Both the position numbers and the translations under genes were made by a program. Below the pieces are notes generated by a model. That model did no database searches and was not told the origin of the DNA. It saw nothing but the letters and a program-made list of their open reading frames with translations. From an uncultured Nitrospiraceae bacterium (GTDB lineage: Bacteria > Nitrospirota > Thermodesulfovibrionia > Thermodesulfovibrionales > Dissulfurispiraceae), in assembly GCA_963705105.1 (NCBI GenBank), contig CAVPIW010000014.1, positions 224,001 through 288,000 on the forward strand: DNA of 64,000 bases. The letters run 5' to 3'. Numbering within the stretch: the first letter of the stretch is position 1; each line of letters starts with the position of its first letter. Shown in pieces: positions 31,664 to 42,171 of this stretch.

Positions 31664-34600
31664 ATGCTTGATAGATTGACGAAAATATGTATTGAAAACA
31701 GACTGATCATTATTGTATCTTCGCTTCTTCTGCTCATTGTGGGCGCTTATGTGACCGTCAAGATGAAGGTGGACGTGTTCCCTGATCTCACGGCGCCGAC
31801 GGTCACGATCATGACCGACGCTCACGGCATGGGACCCGAGGAAGTGGAGGCGCTCATCACCTATCCGATAGAGAGCGCCATCAACGGGGCGACGGGCGTG
31901 CGCCGTGTCAGGTCTTCTTCCGCTTTCGGCATATCCACTGTCTATGTCGAATTCGATTGGGGTACCGACATCTACCGGGCGCGCCAGGTCGTGAGCGAAA
32001 AGCTCCAGCTCGTTACCGCAAGCCTTCCGCGGGAAACGGTCCCGATGCTCGCGCCGGTTTCCTCCATCATGGGCGAGATCATGATTATCGGACTGCACAG
32101 CGATCGGCATCCTTTCATGGAGGTGAAGGAAACCGCCGATTTTGTGGTCAGAAAAAGGCTGCTCTCCGTATCGGGCGTGTCGGAAATAGTGACGGTGGGA
32201 GGCGAGACAAAGCAGTACCAGGTTCAGGTGGACCCTCACAGATTAAGCGCGTATGGCGTGTCTCTGAATGAGGTCGTCGAGGCTGTGAAGGGCTCAAATG
32301 AGAATTTCTCGGCAGGCGTCATGAAATCGGGGGGACAGGATTATCTTATCAGGGGGCTCGGAAAGGTCAAATCCGGCAACGATATCGGGACTGCAGTCGT
32401 GTCGACAAAAGAGGGAGTCCCCATCCTCGTGCGTGACGTTGCAACGATCCGGGTTGCGCCCGCTTTCGCGATCGGCGACGCTTCAATCGATGCCCGGCCG
32501 GCCGTCACCCTGGCTATACAGAAGCATCCCGATGCGAATACCGTAGAGCTCACGGGAAGACTCGAAAAGGCCCTCGAAGAGATCAAGAAGTCCCTGCCTG
32601 AAGGCATGGTCCTTGACACCGGCGTATTCAGACAGGCGGACTTTATCGAGAGGGCCGTCCGCAACGTTCAGAGAGTCGTCCTTGAGGGCGGCGTGCTCGT
32701 CATCGCGATCATTCTCCTGTTTCTCGGGAATTTGCGCGCAACGATCATCTCCGTGTCGGCAATGCCGTTGTCGCTCGTCTTTGCCATATTCGTGATGAAA
32801 TACTTCGACATCACCATCAATACCATGACCCTCGGAGGCATGGCGATCGCAATCGGCGTTATCGTGGATGATGCCATCATCTATGTCGAGAATGTCTTCC
32901 GCAGGCTCGGCGAAAATCACCGCAAGCCCGAGACGATGCGACGCTCGGCCCTGAAAGTGATATACGACGCCTCGGGGGAGATCAGGGGACCGATCATCAA
33001 CGCCACGCTGATCATCGTCGTGGTTTTTGTCCCTCTCTTCTTCCTGACCGGAATCGAGGGAAGGCTCCTGAGGCCCCTCGGCGTTTCCTACATGGTCTCG
33101 ATCGGCGCCTCGCTGTTTGTGGCGCTCACCGTTACTCCGGCGATGTGCGCATATCTCCTCCGAAAAGGCAGGTTTCTTGAAGAGAGCGGCGAGAGCAGGC
33201 TCATAGTCTGGCTGAAGAAGGCATATAGGCCGACGCTCGACTTTGCGATCAACAAACCGGGCACGGTCATCGCCGTCGCAGCCGCCGGACTCGCCTTGTC
33301 TCTCATCCCTCTCTTGTTTATCGGCAGGTCTTTCCTCCCCTCGTTCAACGAGGGTTCCATTACCGTGATGATCGCCACTGCGCCGGGCACCTCTCTCGAG
33401 AAGTCCGCAGAGATAGGCACCCTCGCCGAACAGCTGCTGCTGAAACATCCGAATGTCGTGAAGACATCGCGCAAGACCGGCAGGGGTGAGCTGGATGAGC
33501 ACGGAAAGCCCCCGAGCGCATCGGAAATCGACGCCAGGCTGGAGACGAAAGGCAGAAGACTCGACGACATTCTGGCCGAACTGAGAAAAGCAATGGCGAC
33601 GATCCCGGGAACGGTCGTGTCCTTCAGTCAGCCTATCAGCCACAGGGTGGACCATATGCTTTCCGGCACCATGGCCAATATCGCGGTGAAGGTTTTCGGA
33701 CCCGAACTGTTCCGCCTGAGAGCGATTGCCGAGGATGTGAGGCTGGAAATGAGCCGGGTTCAGGGCATTACCGACCTTTCAATAGAGCAGCAAGCGGACG
33801 TCTCCCAGCTCAGAATCGTACCGAAGCGGGCCGAGATAGCCAGGTACGGGATGTCGGTCCTTCAGGTCGCCGAGGCTGCGGAGATAGCGATGTCGGGGCA
33901 TGTGGTCACCCGCACACTCGAAGGAGACAGGGGGTTCGACGTCCTTGTGAAGTTCGACGACCGCGCCAGGAAAGACATCGAAGCCGTCCGCTCGACGCTC
34001 ATAGATACACCGGCAGGGATGAAAGTGCCGCTCTCTGCGCTTGCCGACATAATTTCAGCCAAGGGACCGAACAGCATAAGCAGGGAGAAGGTCCAGAGAA
34101 AGATCGTCGTGCAGGCGAATGTGGCCGGCAGAGATCTGAGGAGTGTTTACGAAGACGCCAGGGGACGGATCGAAAACAACCTGAAGCTTCCGCCCGGCTA
34201 CTACATCGAATACGGAGGACAGTTTCAGAGCGAGGCCGAGGCATCGAGAATGATCGGCAGTCTGAGCGTCCTGTCGATGCTCGCAATCTTTCTGATTCTC
34301 TACGTGGAATTCGGCTCCTTCAAGACCGCGGGCCTCGTCATGGTGAACCTGCCCCTTGCCCTGATCGGCGGCGTCATCGTCATTTTCCTCACCGACAGGG
34401 TCATCAGCATCGCATCGATCGTCGGTTTCATTACTCTCTTCGGTATCGCCACAAGAAACGGCATTCTGCTTGTCTCGCACTACCGCCATCTTATCAGGGA
34501 AGAGGGCAGAGATCTGAGAACCGCAGTGTATCAGGGGTCTATGGAGCGGCTGCGTCCCGTCATCATGACCGCCCTTGCCGCGGGTCTGGCGCTTGTCCCT

Positions 34601-34747
34601 TTCGCCGTTGCGGCGGATAAGCCGGGCAATGAAATACTGTCGCCCCTGGCAATCGTGATTCTGGGAGGGCTGCTGAGCTCAACGGCGCTCAACATGGTCG
34701 TCATACCGTCTCTTTACGTGAAGTTCGAAAAGGAGGAAACTCAATGA
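31664..34747 (+). CDS. Heavy-metal efflux RND permease (CzcA/CusA family)
   Basis: 'DVFPDL', 'NTMTLGGMAIAIGVIVDDAII', 'ERLRPVIMTA'. Confidence 0.95.
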   Translation: MLDRLTKICIENRLIIIVSSLLLLIVGAYVTVKMKVDVFPDLTAPTVTIMTDAHGMGPEEVEALITYPIESAINGATGVRRVRSSSAFGISTVYVEFDWGTDIYRARQVVSEKLQLVTASLPRETVPMLAPVSSIMGEIMIIGLHSDRHPFMEVKETADFVVRKRLLSVSGVSEIVTVGGETKQYQVQVDPHRLSAYGVSLNEVVEAVKGSNENFSAGVMKSGGQDYLIRGLGKVKSGNDIGTAVVSTKEGVPILVRDVATIRVAPAFAIGDASIDARPAVTLAIQKHPDANTVELTGRLEKALEEIKKSLPEGMVLDTGVFRQADFIERAVRNVQRVVLEGGVLVIAIILLFLGNLRATIISVSAMPLSLVFAIFVMKYFDITINTMTLGGMAIAIGVIVDDAIIYVENVFRRLGENHRKPETMRRSALKVIYDASGEIRGPIINATLIIVVVFVPLFFLTGIEGRLLRPLGVSYMVSIGASLFVALTVTPAMCAYLLRKGRFLEESGESRLIVWLKKAYRPTLDFAINKPGTVIAVAAAGLALSLIPLLFIGRSFLPSFNEGSITVMIATAPGTSLEKSAEIGTLAEQLLLKHPNVVKTSRKTGRGELDEHGKPPSASEIDARLETKGRRLDDILAELRKAMATIPGTVVSFSQPISHRVDHMLSGTMANIAVKVFGPELFRLRAIAEDVRLEMSRVQGITDLSIEQQADVSQLRIVPKRAEIARYGMSVLQVAEAAEIAMSGHVVTRTLEGDRGFDVLVKFDDRARKDIEAVRSTLIDTPAGMKVPLSALADIISAKGPNSISREKVQRKIVVQANVAGRDLRSVYEDARGRIENNLKLPPGYYIEYGGQFQSEAEASRMIGSLSVLSMLAIFLILYVEFGSFKTAGLVMVNLPLALIGGVIVIFLTDRVISIASIVGFITLFGIATRNGILLVSHYRHLIREEGRDLRTAVYQGSMERLRPVIMTALAAGLALVPFAVAADKPGNEILSPLAIVILGGLLSSTALNMVVIPSLYVKFEKEETQ

Positions 34748-35122
34748 CAAGAATGGCCGGCGTATCCCTTCGTCGTTAACATCGACGGCCAGGCCGCCAT
34801 TTGGGAAGCGGACGGAGTAAAGGACGACAAACCGGAGTACGACCGGGACGGCAGGACGAGCCGCGACCCCGAGGCGGGTGTGGGGATGAAGTATACCCTT
34901 GCAAAAAGAGTGAGCCTCCGGGCCGGATCTCATAGGGTGTTCTTCGGTCTTCCCGGAGATGATTATTTTGCCGAGGTGGAGGCGATTCTCACGGAGGGAG
35001 AGACGCATGTCCTGGAGTTTATGCCCGTTTACAGAACCAAGAGAATTCCGATGAGGATACCGTCATTTCTTCAGGGGATAAACAGATATGACGTATTTTT
35101 GAACGGCAAGCAGATCAACTGA
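34744..35122 (+). pseudogene. Probable 5'-deleted/frameshifted accessory gene after the RND permease
   Basis: The RBS-supported ATG 34744 stops after 11 codons, while another frame is open from the permease stop to 35122 (YPFVVNIDGQA...RDPEAGVGMKY...). Confidence 0.55.
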
Positions 35123-35220
35123 TACCCTTTAACGGGGCGGGGCTTGTGTAGATCTTTCAGTTGCGTGAAAAGGCCGGGTTCATAGCCTTTCTCCCCGCCG
35201 CCTGCGTGCTCAAACGGACA

Positions 35221-35256
35221 TTGACAAACTCAAAAACAGGTGCTACAATTGTATCA
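35221..35256 (+). promoter_or_regulatory. Sigma70-type promoter of chrB with a palindrome over the -10 box
   Basis: TTGACA-17 bp-TACAAT; TGCTACAATTGTATCA inverted repeat. Confidence 0.75.
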
Positions 35257-35262
35257 TCTGAT

Positions 35263-36261
35263 ATGAAAATACCAAAATCAAATCGTCACAAGTGGCTGCT
35301 CATCTTCTACACCGTTCCCTCCAAGCCGGTCAAGAACCGCATGAAAATATGGAGGCAGCTCACTCATGCCGGAGCCGTTCAGCTGAAGGGGGCCGTCTGC
35401 ATTCTGCCGTACAGTGAAGAGCATTACGAGTTTTTCGAGTGGATTATCTCGGAAGTCGCCGCTATGGGAGGGGACGGTGGGTTCGTCAAGGTTGAGGCGA
35501 TCGAGACGATGAACGACGACGAAATCATTCGTCTCTTCAATGCCCAGCGGGACGTGGAGTACAGGAAGGCGGACAAATCGCTCGATGACATCGAGCTTAA
35601 ACTGGGCAGCATCAGAAAAGGAACCCCCGGTGAGCCCGATGCCTCCCTTGCCGATGAGATGGCCAGACTGACCCGCGATGCCGAATCCATCAAGAAGAGA
35701 GATTTCTTCGGGTCAAAGGCCGGAGCTGCATTCGCCAGGCGCGTCCAGGCCTTGCAGAGGGCGATTCGTGATACCCCTGGACATGCAAAGAGGGGGGAGA
35801 AGATCCCGGACCGGCAAATCGTCGCGCGGAGACGGGAGGATTATCAGGGAAGGACCTGGGTGACACGCAGGCGCCCCTTCGTCGACAGGATGGCGTCTGC
35901 ATGGCTCATCAGGAATTGGATCGATAGAGAAGCGGTGTTCGAATTCATCGATGAGCAGGAGATCGGCAATCTCGGGAAGAGCCGCGTCACCTTCGACATC
36001 CGGGACGGGGAATTCACGCACGTCGGAGACCTCTGCACCATGGAAGTGCTGATCAGGTCCTTCGGTTTGAAGGACAAGGCGCTGCGGCGTATCGCCGAGC
36101 TCGTCCACCAGCTCGACCTGAAGGACGAGAAATACCACGCTTCTGAAGCAAGGGGTGTCGAGGAGATCCTTGCTGGCATCAGGAAGACCGCATCTGACGA
36201 CAGCGACGCATTGGAGAAGGGGATGGCCGTCTTTCAGATGCTCTATGCCTCGCAGAAATAG
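35263..36261 (+). CDS. chrB: Chromate resistance regulator ChrB
   Basis: N domain 'RMKIWRQL..GAVQLK'; C domain 'WVTRRRPFVDRMASAWLIR', 'FTHVGDLCT'. Confidence 0.9.
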   Translation: MKIPKSNRHKWLLIFYTVPSKPVKNRMKIWRQLTHAGAVQLKGAVCILPYSEEHYEFFEWIISEVAAMGGDGGFVKVEAIETMNDDEIIRLFNAQRDVEYRKADKSLDDIELKLGSIRKGTPGEPDASLADEMARLTRDAESIKKRDFFGSKAGAAFARRVQALQRAIRDTPGHAKRGEKIPDRQIVARRREDYQGRTWVTRRRPFVDRMASAWLIRNWIDREAVFEFIDEQEIGNLGKSRVTFDIRDGEFTHVGDLCTMEVLIRSFGLKDKALRRIAELVHQLDLKDEKYHASEARGVEEILAGIRKTASDDSDALEKGMAVFQMLYASQK

Positions 36262-36324
36262 CGGGGACACGTCAGAATGACCTCGCAGCAAATATCTCAG
36301 TAGAGCAATCGAAGGGAGTGTAAC

Positions 36325-39300
36325 ATGGACATATTGAACCTTTTCTTTAGAAGGCGACCCGCTGTTTCCCTGAGCGGACTTCGAGGCTCTCTTGCCGTCA
36401 AATACCAACGATTCAGGAACCTCCTCACCCACAACCAGAGGGCGTTGAGCCTCCTTTCGGATATGGAGTACGCCTATTATACGGGTAAACCGTTCACCCT
36501 CGCCTGGGCCGGGGCGCGTTACGAGGAATTCGCCGAGGCGGTCTTCGGTCTCGTGCATGCCCTCCAGTCGATCTCCGGAGGGGCTTATGAAGGACTTGTC
36601 GACCGCAGTTACGCCATCGATGGGAAGCTTGCCGATTCCTTCAAGATCCCTTATCGGTATTCTACGCACGACATCGTTCTTCCACTCCGAAATGGGACTG
36701 ATCTCATGCAGGGGATGCTGGGCGCCAAGGCCGCAAATCTTGCCGTTGCCGGCAATGAGATGGGTCTTCCCGTCCCCGACGGTTTTGTCGTTACGAGCTA
36801 CGCCTTCGAGCGGTTCATGGAGGAAAACGACCTCTTTTCTGTTGTCGAACAGGCGTTTGCATGCCTCTCCGGCGAGTCTCATGATGAACTGGACAAGTTG
36901 AGCATCAGGCTGAGGGAGGCGATAATGGCTGCCGACGTGCCCGGCACTATCAGAGAAGCAATACTTCAGGCCTATGCTGACCTTGAAAGGAGGACCATCG
37001 GGGGCGTACGCATCTCCATGAGAAGCAGCGCCGTCGGTGAGGACAGCGACGCTTCTTTTGCCGGCCAGTTCACCTCGGTGCTGAATGTCACGAGAGAAAA
37101 TATCATTGACGCGTATAAGACCGTCGTTGCGAGCGCATTCTCGCCGCGGGCGATATCCTACCGGCTTCTGTACGGTCTCGACACAAGGGAGACACCCATG
37201 TGCGTCCTCGGTATCGTCATGGTAGACGCCAGGACAAGCGGTGTCGGTTATACGGTCGATCCCACCGCAACGGACTCCGGCCTGATGAGGATCAACGCCC
37301 TCTGGGGGCTCGGAGAGCAACTCGTGGGAGGCTCCGTGTCGCCTGATTCGTTCCTCATTGACAGGTCTGCGATGACGGTGGTTAGAAAAGACATCGTAAT
37401 GAAAGACCGACGTCTGGCCGCATTACCCGAAGGCGGCACTCAGCTTGAGGAGGTCACCGAAGGAGAGCGTGCATCGCCGTCCCTGGATGACGCCTCAGCC
37501 ATAATCCTTGCGCGGTATGCTCTCAGGCTGGAGGAGAGGTTTGGGCGCCCCCAGGACATCGAATGGGCTGTCGACGGAGAGGGGAAGCTCTTCATCCTTC
37601 AATCCAGGCCTTTGCGCCTTCCGGACAGAAAAACCGAGGAAGGTTTGCCTGATGAACAGAACGTTGCGCTGCCTATATTGTTGTCGGCCGGAAAGACAGC
37701 CTCTCCGGGAGTAGCGATAGGAAAAGCCTTCGTTGTCTCCGGTGAGAAAGACCTTTCGGCCATTCCCGACGACGCAGTCATTGTGGCCAAAGTGGCGTCA
37801 CCCGACCTCGCACGAGTGATCAACGGGGTCAGAGGTATTATAACCGACCTGGGCAGTGTCACGAGCCATCTCTCCTCCGTGGCGAGGGAATTCGGTGTGC
37901 CTATGATTGTCGACACCGGCAACGCAACAGCAATTTTGAAAGACGGGGATGTCATCACACTATCGGCGACGTCTGCGACCGTCTATCAGGGAATTGTCGA
38001 GTCCATGCGTAAGGGGGCACGGACACGGATAAACCATTTCGTCGACAGCCCCGTCCACAAGAGGATGCGTTCCGCTCTTGACTTGATCTCCCCGCTCAAC
38101 CTGATCGATCCGGACAGTCCCTTCTTCTCACCTGACGGATGCGAGACATTCCATGACATCATCAGGTTCTGTCATGAACGGTCGATGGTCGAGATGTCGG
38201 GCATCGGGAAGAAGGCTGAAGAGGGAGGTTCGATACGGCTCGAGACGACACTCCCTCTGGTGATCCATCTGGTCGACCTCGGCGGGGGGCTCCGGGAGGG
38301 GCTTGCCGGCAAGACCGCCGTCGCTGGAGATCTCCTCTCGACGCCCATGAAGGCGATATGGCGCGGCTTCAATCATCCCGGAATCACCTGGTCCGGAACG
38401 ATCAACTTCGACATGAAGAAGATGGCGACCCTCTTCGCCGTCGCCGCCACGTCCGAGTTCGGGGAACTGCCGGGCGGCACGAGCTATGCCATCTTCTCGA
38501 AGGAATTTCTCAACTTCAACGGAAAGTTCGGCTACCATTTCGCCACTCTCGATGCCCTCTGCACCGAAAACAGCGATCAGAACTATATCTCCCTCCAGTT
38601 CTCCGGCGGTGCAGGCACCTACTATGGAAAATCACTGAGGATTCAGTTCCTGGGCGCAGTGCTCAATAGACTGGGGTTCCGGGTGAACATAAAAGGTGAT
38701 CTCCTTGAGGCGGCTCTCAAGGGATATGACCTCGCATCCCTGGAAGAGAAACTGGATCAGACGGGGAGGCTCCTGGCGTCGAGCCGGCTTCTGGACATGG
38801 TACTCTCCAGCCAGACGGATGTCGCATACCTTACGGAACGATTCTTCAACGAAGACTATGACTATCTGACAGGCAGGGAGGAAGGACAGCCGGAGCATTT
38901 TTACGTCCATGGCGGCCACTGGAATCGCATGTCGGAGGGGCGTTACGGACTGCTCCTGCAGGACGGCTCTAAGGAGGGGTTCACCATTTCCTCGGGTATC
39001 GCCGGGCTTATGGGAAGGATAGCAGGACCATCACTGCAGGATTTCCTCGACAACCTCGGCGCCTACTATTACTTTCCAATGGCGATCGCCAAGGACAGCG
39101 AAATCGCAGACGGCACGATCATGGGCAGGGTCAAATCGACGGGAGGAAATATCGACCGGGCTGCCGGACTGGCCTTTGGCATCCGGAACACCGGTAACTA
39201 CTTCGCCTTCCGCATCAACGCACTCGAGGACAACGTCATCCTCTTCGAGTTCGTCAACGGCAAGAGATTCGAGAGGATGAACGTATCAAGAAAAATCGAA

Positions 39301-39501
39301 ACGGACCGATGGTACATGCTGAAGATCGTGGTCCGGGGTGGGGAAATAGAGGGGTATATCGACAAGGAACGTGTCTTGAATTATACCGCCTCAGAGCCGG
39401 TGAGCGGCCATGTGGGGCTCTGGACGAAGGCGGACTCCGTGAGCTACTTTGACACACTCGTCATCGACAGCGGCGGACGGAAGCGGATCATCGAGCATTA
39501 G
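36325..39501 (+). CDS. PEP-synthase/dikinase-like protein (ATP-grasp + His swivel) with C-terminal ConA/DUF1080-like beta-sandwich
   Basis: 'GAKAANL', 'RSSAVGEDS..SFAGQF', 'PQDIEW', 'LQSRPL', 'TSHLSSVARE'; C-terminal 'GHVGLWTKADSVSYFD'. Confidence 0.85.
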   Translation: MDILNLFFRRRPAVSLSGLRGSLAVKYQRFRNLLTHNQRALSLLSDMEYAYYTGKPFTLAWAGARYEEFAEAVFGLVHALQSISGGAYEGLVDRSYAIDGKLADSFKIPYRYSTHDIVLPLRNGTDLMQGMLGAKAANLAVAGNEMGLPVPDGFVVTSYAFERFMEENDLFSVVEQAFACLSGESHDELDKLSIRLREAIMAADVPGTIREAILQAYADLERRTIGGVRISMRSSAVGEDSDASFAGQFTSVLNVTRENIIDAYKTVVASAFSPRAISYRLLYGLDTRETPMCVLGIVMVDARTSGVGYTVDPTATDSGLMRINALWGLGEQLVGGSVSPDSFLIDRSAMTVVRKDIVMKDRRLAALPEGGTQLEEVTEGERASPSLDDASAIILARYALRLEERFGRPQDIEWAVDGEGKLFILQSRPLRLPDRKTEEGLPDEQNVALPILLSAGKTASPGVAIGKAFVVSGEKDLSAIPDDAVIVAKVASPDLARVINGVRGIITDLGSVTSHLSSVAREFGVPMIVDTGNATAILKDGDVITLSATSATVYQGIVESMRKGARTRINHFVDSPVHKRMRSALDLISPLNLIDPDSPFFSPDGCETFHDIIRFCHERSMVEMSGIGKKAEEGGSIRLETTLPLVIHLVDLGGGLREGLAGKTAVAGDLLSTPMKAIWRGFNHPGITWSGTINFDMKKMATLFAVAATSEFGELPGGTSYAIFSKEFLNFNGKFGYHFATLDALCTENSDQNYISLQFSGGAGTYYGKSLRIQFLGAVLNRLGFRVNIKGDLLEAALKGYDLASLEEKLDQTGRLLASSRLLDMVLSSQTDVAYLTERFFNEDYDYLTGREEGQPEHFYVHGGHWNRMSEGRYGLLLQDGSKEGFTISSGIAGLMGRIAGPSLQDFLDNLGAYYYFPMAIAKDSEIADGTIMGRVKSTGGNIDRAAGLAFGIRNTGNYFAFRINALEDNVILFEFVNGKRFERMNVSRKIETDRWYMLKIVVRGGEIEGYIDKERVLNYTASEPVSGHVGLWTKADSVSYFDTLVIDSGGRKRIIEH

Positions 39502-39534
39502 GCAGGCAGCGCTTTGATTGGATAACAGATGAGA

Positions 39535-39755
39535 TTAACCTTTCTGTTGCATGAAAAGGCGGGGCGAAGCGCCTCAAAGCCTTGCTGAAGGCGACGATAC
39601 GCATTGTCAGCTTCGTGTTTCAGGAGTTCACTCTTTGTGTCATCGACCATTGGTTTATAATTGCCGTCTTTCGTTTTGATACAGGTGTCGCCGCAGCAAG
39701 GTTTTCGGCGCATACACCCCGCCTTTCCGGAAGGCGTATGCAACGATAAGATTAA
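39535..39755. repeat. MITE-like element (short subtype), best-preserved copy
   Basis: Ends ttaacctttctgttgcat / atgcaacgataagattaa; inner inverted repeat aaaggcgggg / ccccgccttt. Confidence 0.9.
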
Positions 39756-39802
39756 GTCTCTGCATTTAATAATTCAACAATGACGAAGGGGGAGGTTTCA
39801 TC

Positions 39803-40528
39803 ATGAAATGGATAACAAGGGAAAAGGTGAAGGTCGACAGGGTGGCCTGTCCATGGCTCATCCGGAAGTTCATCGATCAGGATGCGGAATTTCTTTTTGT
39901 GCCGGCCGACAGGGTGATGGAACAGGCCGAAAGGGAGGGGGCGATTCCCTTTGATGCGCCCGGCGTGGAACTGGGTCATCATGCGGGGCAGTGCAGCTTT
40001 GAGTCGATGGTCGCGAAATACGGGATAATGGACCCTGCCGTCCTGCTGTTAGCACAGATCGTCCATGGAGCGGACGTGAAGGCCGATCTGTATGTCCGTC
40101 CCGAAGCGGCGGGGCTGCTGGCCGTGGCAGAAGGCTTCAGACACCTGGGACTGAAAGACGATTATGAGATCCTCGAAAAGCAGTTCATCGTCTATGACGC
40201 ATTATACGCCTATTGCAAAAGGAAGGTGCGAACCCTGACCGTCGGAGAACTGCAGGGTCTCATGGTCGAAAGGGGGGCCCTCGTTCTTGACGTCCGGAGG
40301 TCCGACGATTTTGCCGCTGAACCGGAGATGATCCCGGGAGCGCAGCGGCGGGATCCGGAGCAGGTGGACGCCTGGGCGGGAGAACTGGCGAAGGACAGCG
40401 ACATTGTTATCTATTGTGCTCGGGGAGGGTCGGTCAGCAACACGGTGATCGATAGACTCCTCGATCGGGGACTGCGGGCTCGTTACCTTGAAGGAGGGCT
40501 CGAAGCGTGGAAGAAAACACAGAAATAG
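39803..40528 (+). CDS. ChrF-like (ChrB C-domain) protein fused to a rhodanese domain
   Basis: 'MKWITRE..KVDRVACPWLIRKFID'; rhodanese 'LDVRR..MIPGA', 'YCARG', 'LEGGLEAW'. Confidence 0.85.
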   Translation: MKWITREKVKVDRVACPWLIRKFIDQDAEFLFVPADRVMEQAEREGAIPFDAPGVELGHHAGQCSFESMVAKYGIMDPAVLLLAQIVHGADVKADLYVRPEAAGLLAVAEGFRHLGLKDDYEILEKQFIVYDALYAYCKRKVRTLTVGELQGLMVERGALVLDVRRSDDFAAEPEMIPGAQRRDPEQVDAWAGELAKDSDIVIYCARGGSVSNTVIDRLLDRGLRARYLEGGLEAWKKTQK

Positions 40529-41835
40529 CCTCCCCGGAGAAGGCTCCGCGAATGGCGGTCTCGTTCCGGGAAGCCTTTCTCTGGTGGCTGAAGCTCGGCT
40601 TTATCAGTTTCGGCGGCCCGACGGGACAGATCGCCATCCTGCACAAGGAGCTGGTCGATAAGCGGAAGTGGATATCGGAAGATCACTTTCTCCAGGCATT
40701 GAATTTCTGCATGCTCCTGCCCGGACCTGAGGCCCAGCAGCTCTGCGTCTACATCGGCTGGCTGCTCCACAAGACCTGGGGCGGCATCGTGGCAGGAACA
40801 CTCTTCGTGCTCCCTTCCGTCTTCATATTGCTCGGGTTGTCCTGGCTCTATGCGGCAATGGGCACAGTGCCTGCCGTTGCCGCCCTCCTGTACGGCCTGA
40901 AACCCGCCGTCGTCGCCATCGTCGCAGAGGCTGTCCTGAGGATAGCGAAGAAGGCGCTGAAGAACTGGTTCTTCGTGGCGGTGGCGGCAGCGTCCTTCCT
41001 GTGCATTTATGTTCTTTCAGTGCCCTTTCCGGTCATCGTTTTCTCTGCTGCCGCATTGGGGTTCGTCATGAAACAGGTGGCGCCGCGCCTGTTCAGTTCG
41101 GCGGGGACGACGACCAGTGAAGACGCCGAAACCCTTATCAGCACCCTTGCGGCTCAGATGCGAGGCACGGGCTGGCGTCCCGCCCTCAGCACTTTGCTGA
41201 TGTGGGTCGCCATATGGGCGGCGCCCGTTGTTGCTGTTGCACTTTGGAAGGGAAAGAGCATCTTCACAGAAATAGGCAGACTTTTCAGTACGGCGGCTAT
41301 GGTGACCTTCGGCGGGGCCTATTCGGTCCTTGCCTACGTCGGACAGGAGGCGGTCGACAAATACGGCTGGCTCCAGCCTGAGCAGATGATGGACGCGCTC
41401 GCCCTGGCCGAGACCACGCCGGGTCCTCTCATCATGGTCAACCAATTCGTGGGCTACATTGCGGCCTATCAGAACCCCGGCGACCTGAACCCGGCCGCCG
41501 CCGGCATCATTGGGGGACTCCTGACCACGTGGGTGACCTTCGCACCGTCTTTCCTGATGATTTTCCTTCTCGCGCCTTATATAGAGGTGCTTCGCAAAAA
41601 CGCCCTGCTGTCGACGGCGCTGGCCGCGGTGACGGCGGCGGTCGTCGGCGTGGTGCTGAACCTGGGAGTATCCTTTACCCGTCATGCACTATTGCCGGAA
41701 ACGGGCGGCTTCGACTGGTACGCACTCATCGCATCTATCATCACCTTTATAGGATTGCAGTACCGCCATTGGCCGATGATTCCCGTCATTCTCGGATCGG
41801 CGGCAGCGGGATATGCATGGAAAATGCTGTTTTGA
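40507..41835 (+). CDS. chrA: Chromate efflux transporter ChrA (long chain)
   Basis: 'LGFISFGGP', 'LPGPEA', 'TFGGAY', 'ETTPGP'. Confidence 0.95.
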   Translation: MEENTEIASPEKAPRMAVSFREAFLWWLKLGFISFGGPTGQIAILHKELVDKRKWISEDHFLQALNFCMLLPGPEAQQLCVYIGWLLHKTWGGIVAGTLFVLPSVFILLGLSWLYAAMGTVPAVAALLYGLKPAVVAIVAEAVLRIAKKALKNWFFVAVAAASFLCIYVLSVPFPVIVFSAAALGFVMKQVAPRLFSSAGTTTSEDAETLISTLAAQMRGTGWRPALSTLLMWVAIWAAPVVAVALWKGKSIFTEIGRLFSTAAMVTFGGAYSVLAYVGQEAVDKYGWLQPEQMMDALALAETTPGPLIMVNQFVGYIAAYQNPGDLNPAAAGIIGGLLTTWVTFAPSFLMIFLLAPYIEVLRKNALLSTALAAVTAAVVGVVLNLGVSFTRHALLPETGGFDWYALIASIITFIGLQYRHWPMIPVILGSAAAGYAWKMLF

Positions 41836-41845
41836 CACGATGGCG

Positions 41846-42065
41846 TTGAACCTATCGTTGTATACGCCCTCAGGAAAGGCGGGGTGTATGCGCCGAAAAC
41901 CTTGCTGCGGCGACACCGAACCCGTCGCGGAAGACAGCGGTTCAAACCAATGGTCGATGACACAAAGAGTGTAATCCTGAAACACGAACCTGACAATGCT
42001 CATCGTCGCCTTCAGCAAGGCTTTGAGGCGTTTCGCCCCGCCTTTCCGCGCAACAACGAGGTAAA
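41846..42065. repeat. MITE-like element (short subtype)
   Basis: Reverse complement of 39535-39755. Confidence 0.88.
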
Positions 42066-42100
42066 GCCCCATTCCTGGATCTCAACTGAAAGGACTGCTC

Positions 42101-42129
42101 TTGACTGAAAATGTAGCAAGAGTTACAAT
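42101..42129 (+). promoter_or_regulatory. Sigma70-type promoter
   Basis: TTGACT-17 bp-TACAAT, with a tgtagc..gttaca inverted repeat. Confidence 0.65.
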
Positions 42130-42171
42130 ATTAACAGGAATAACAAATTAGGACGCGCAAGGAGGATCAAT

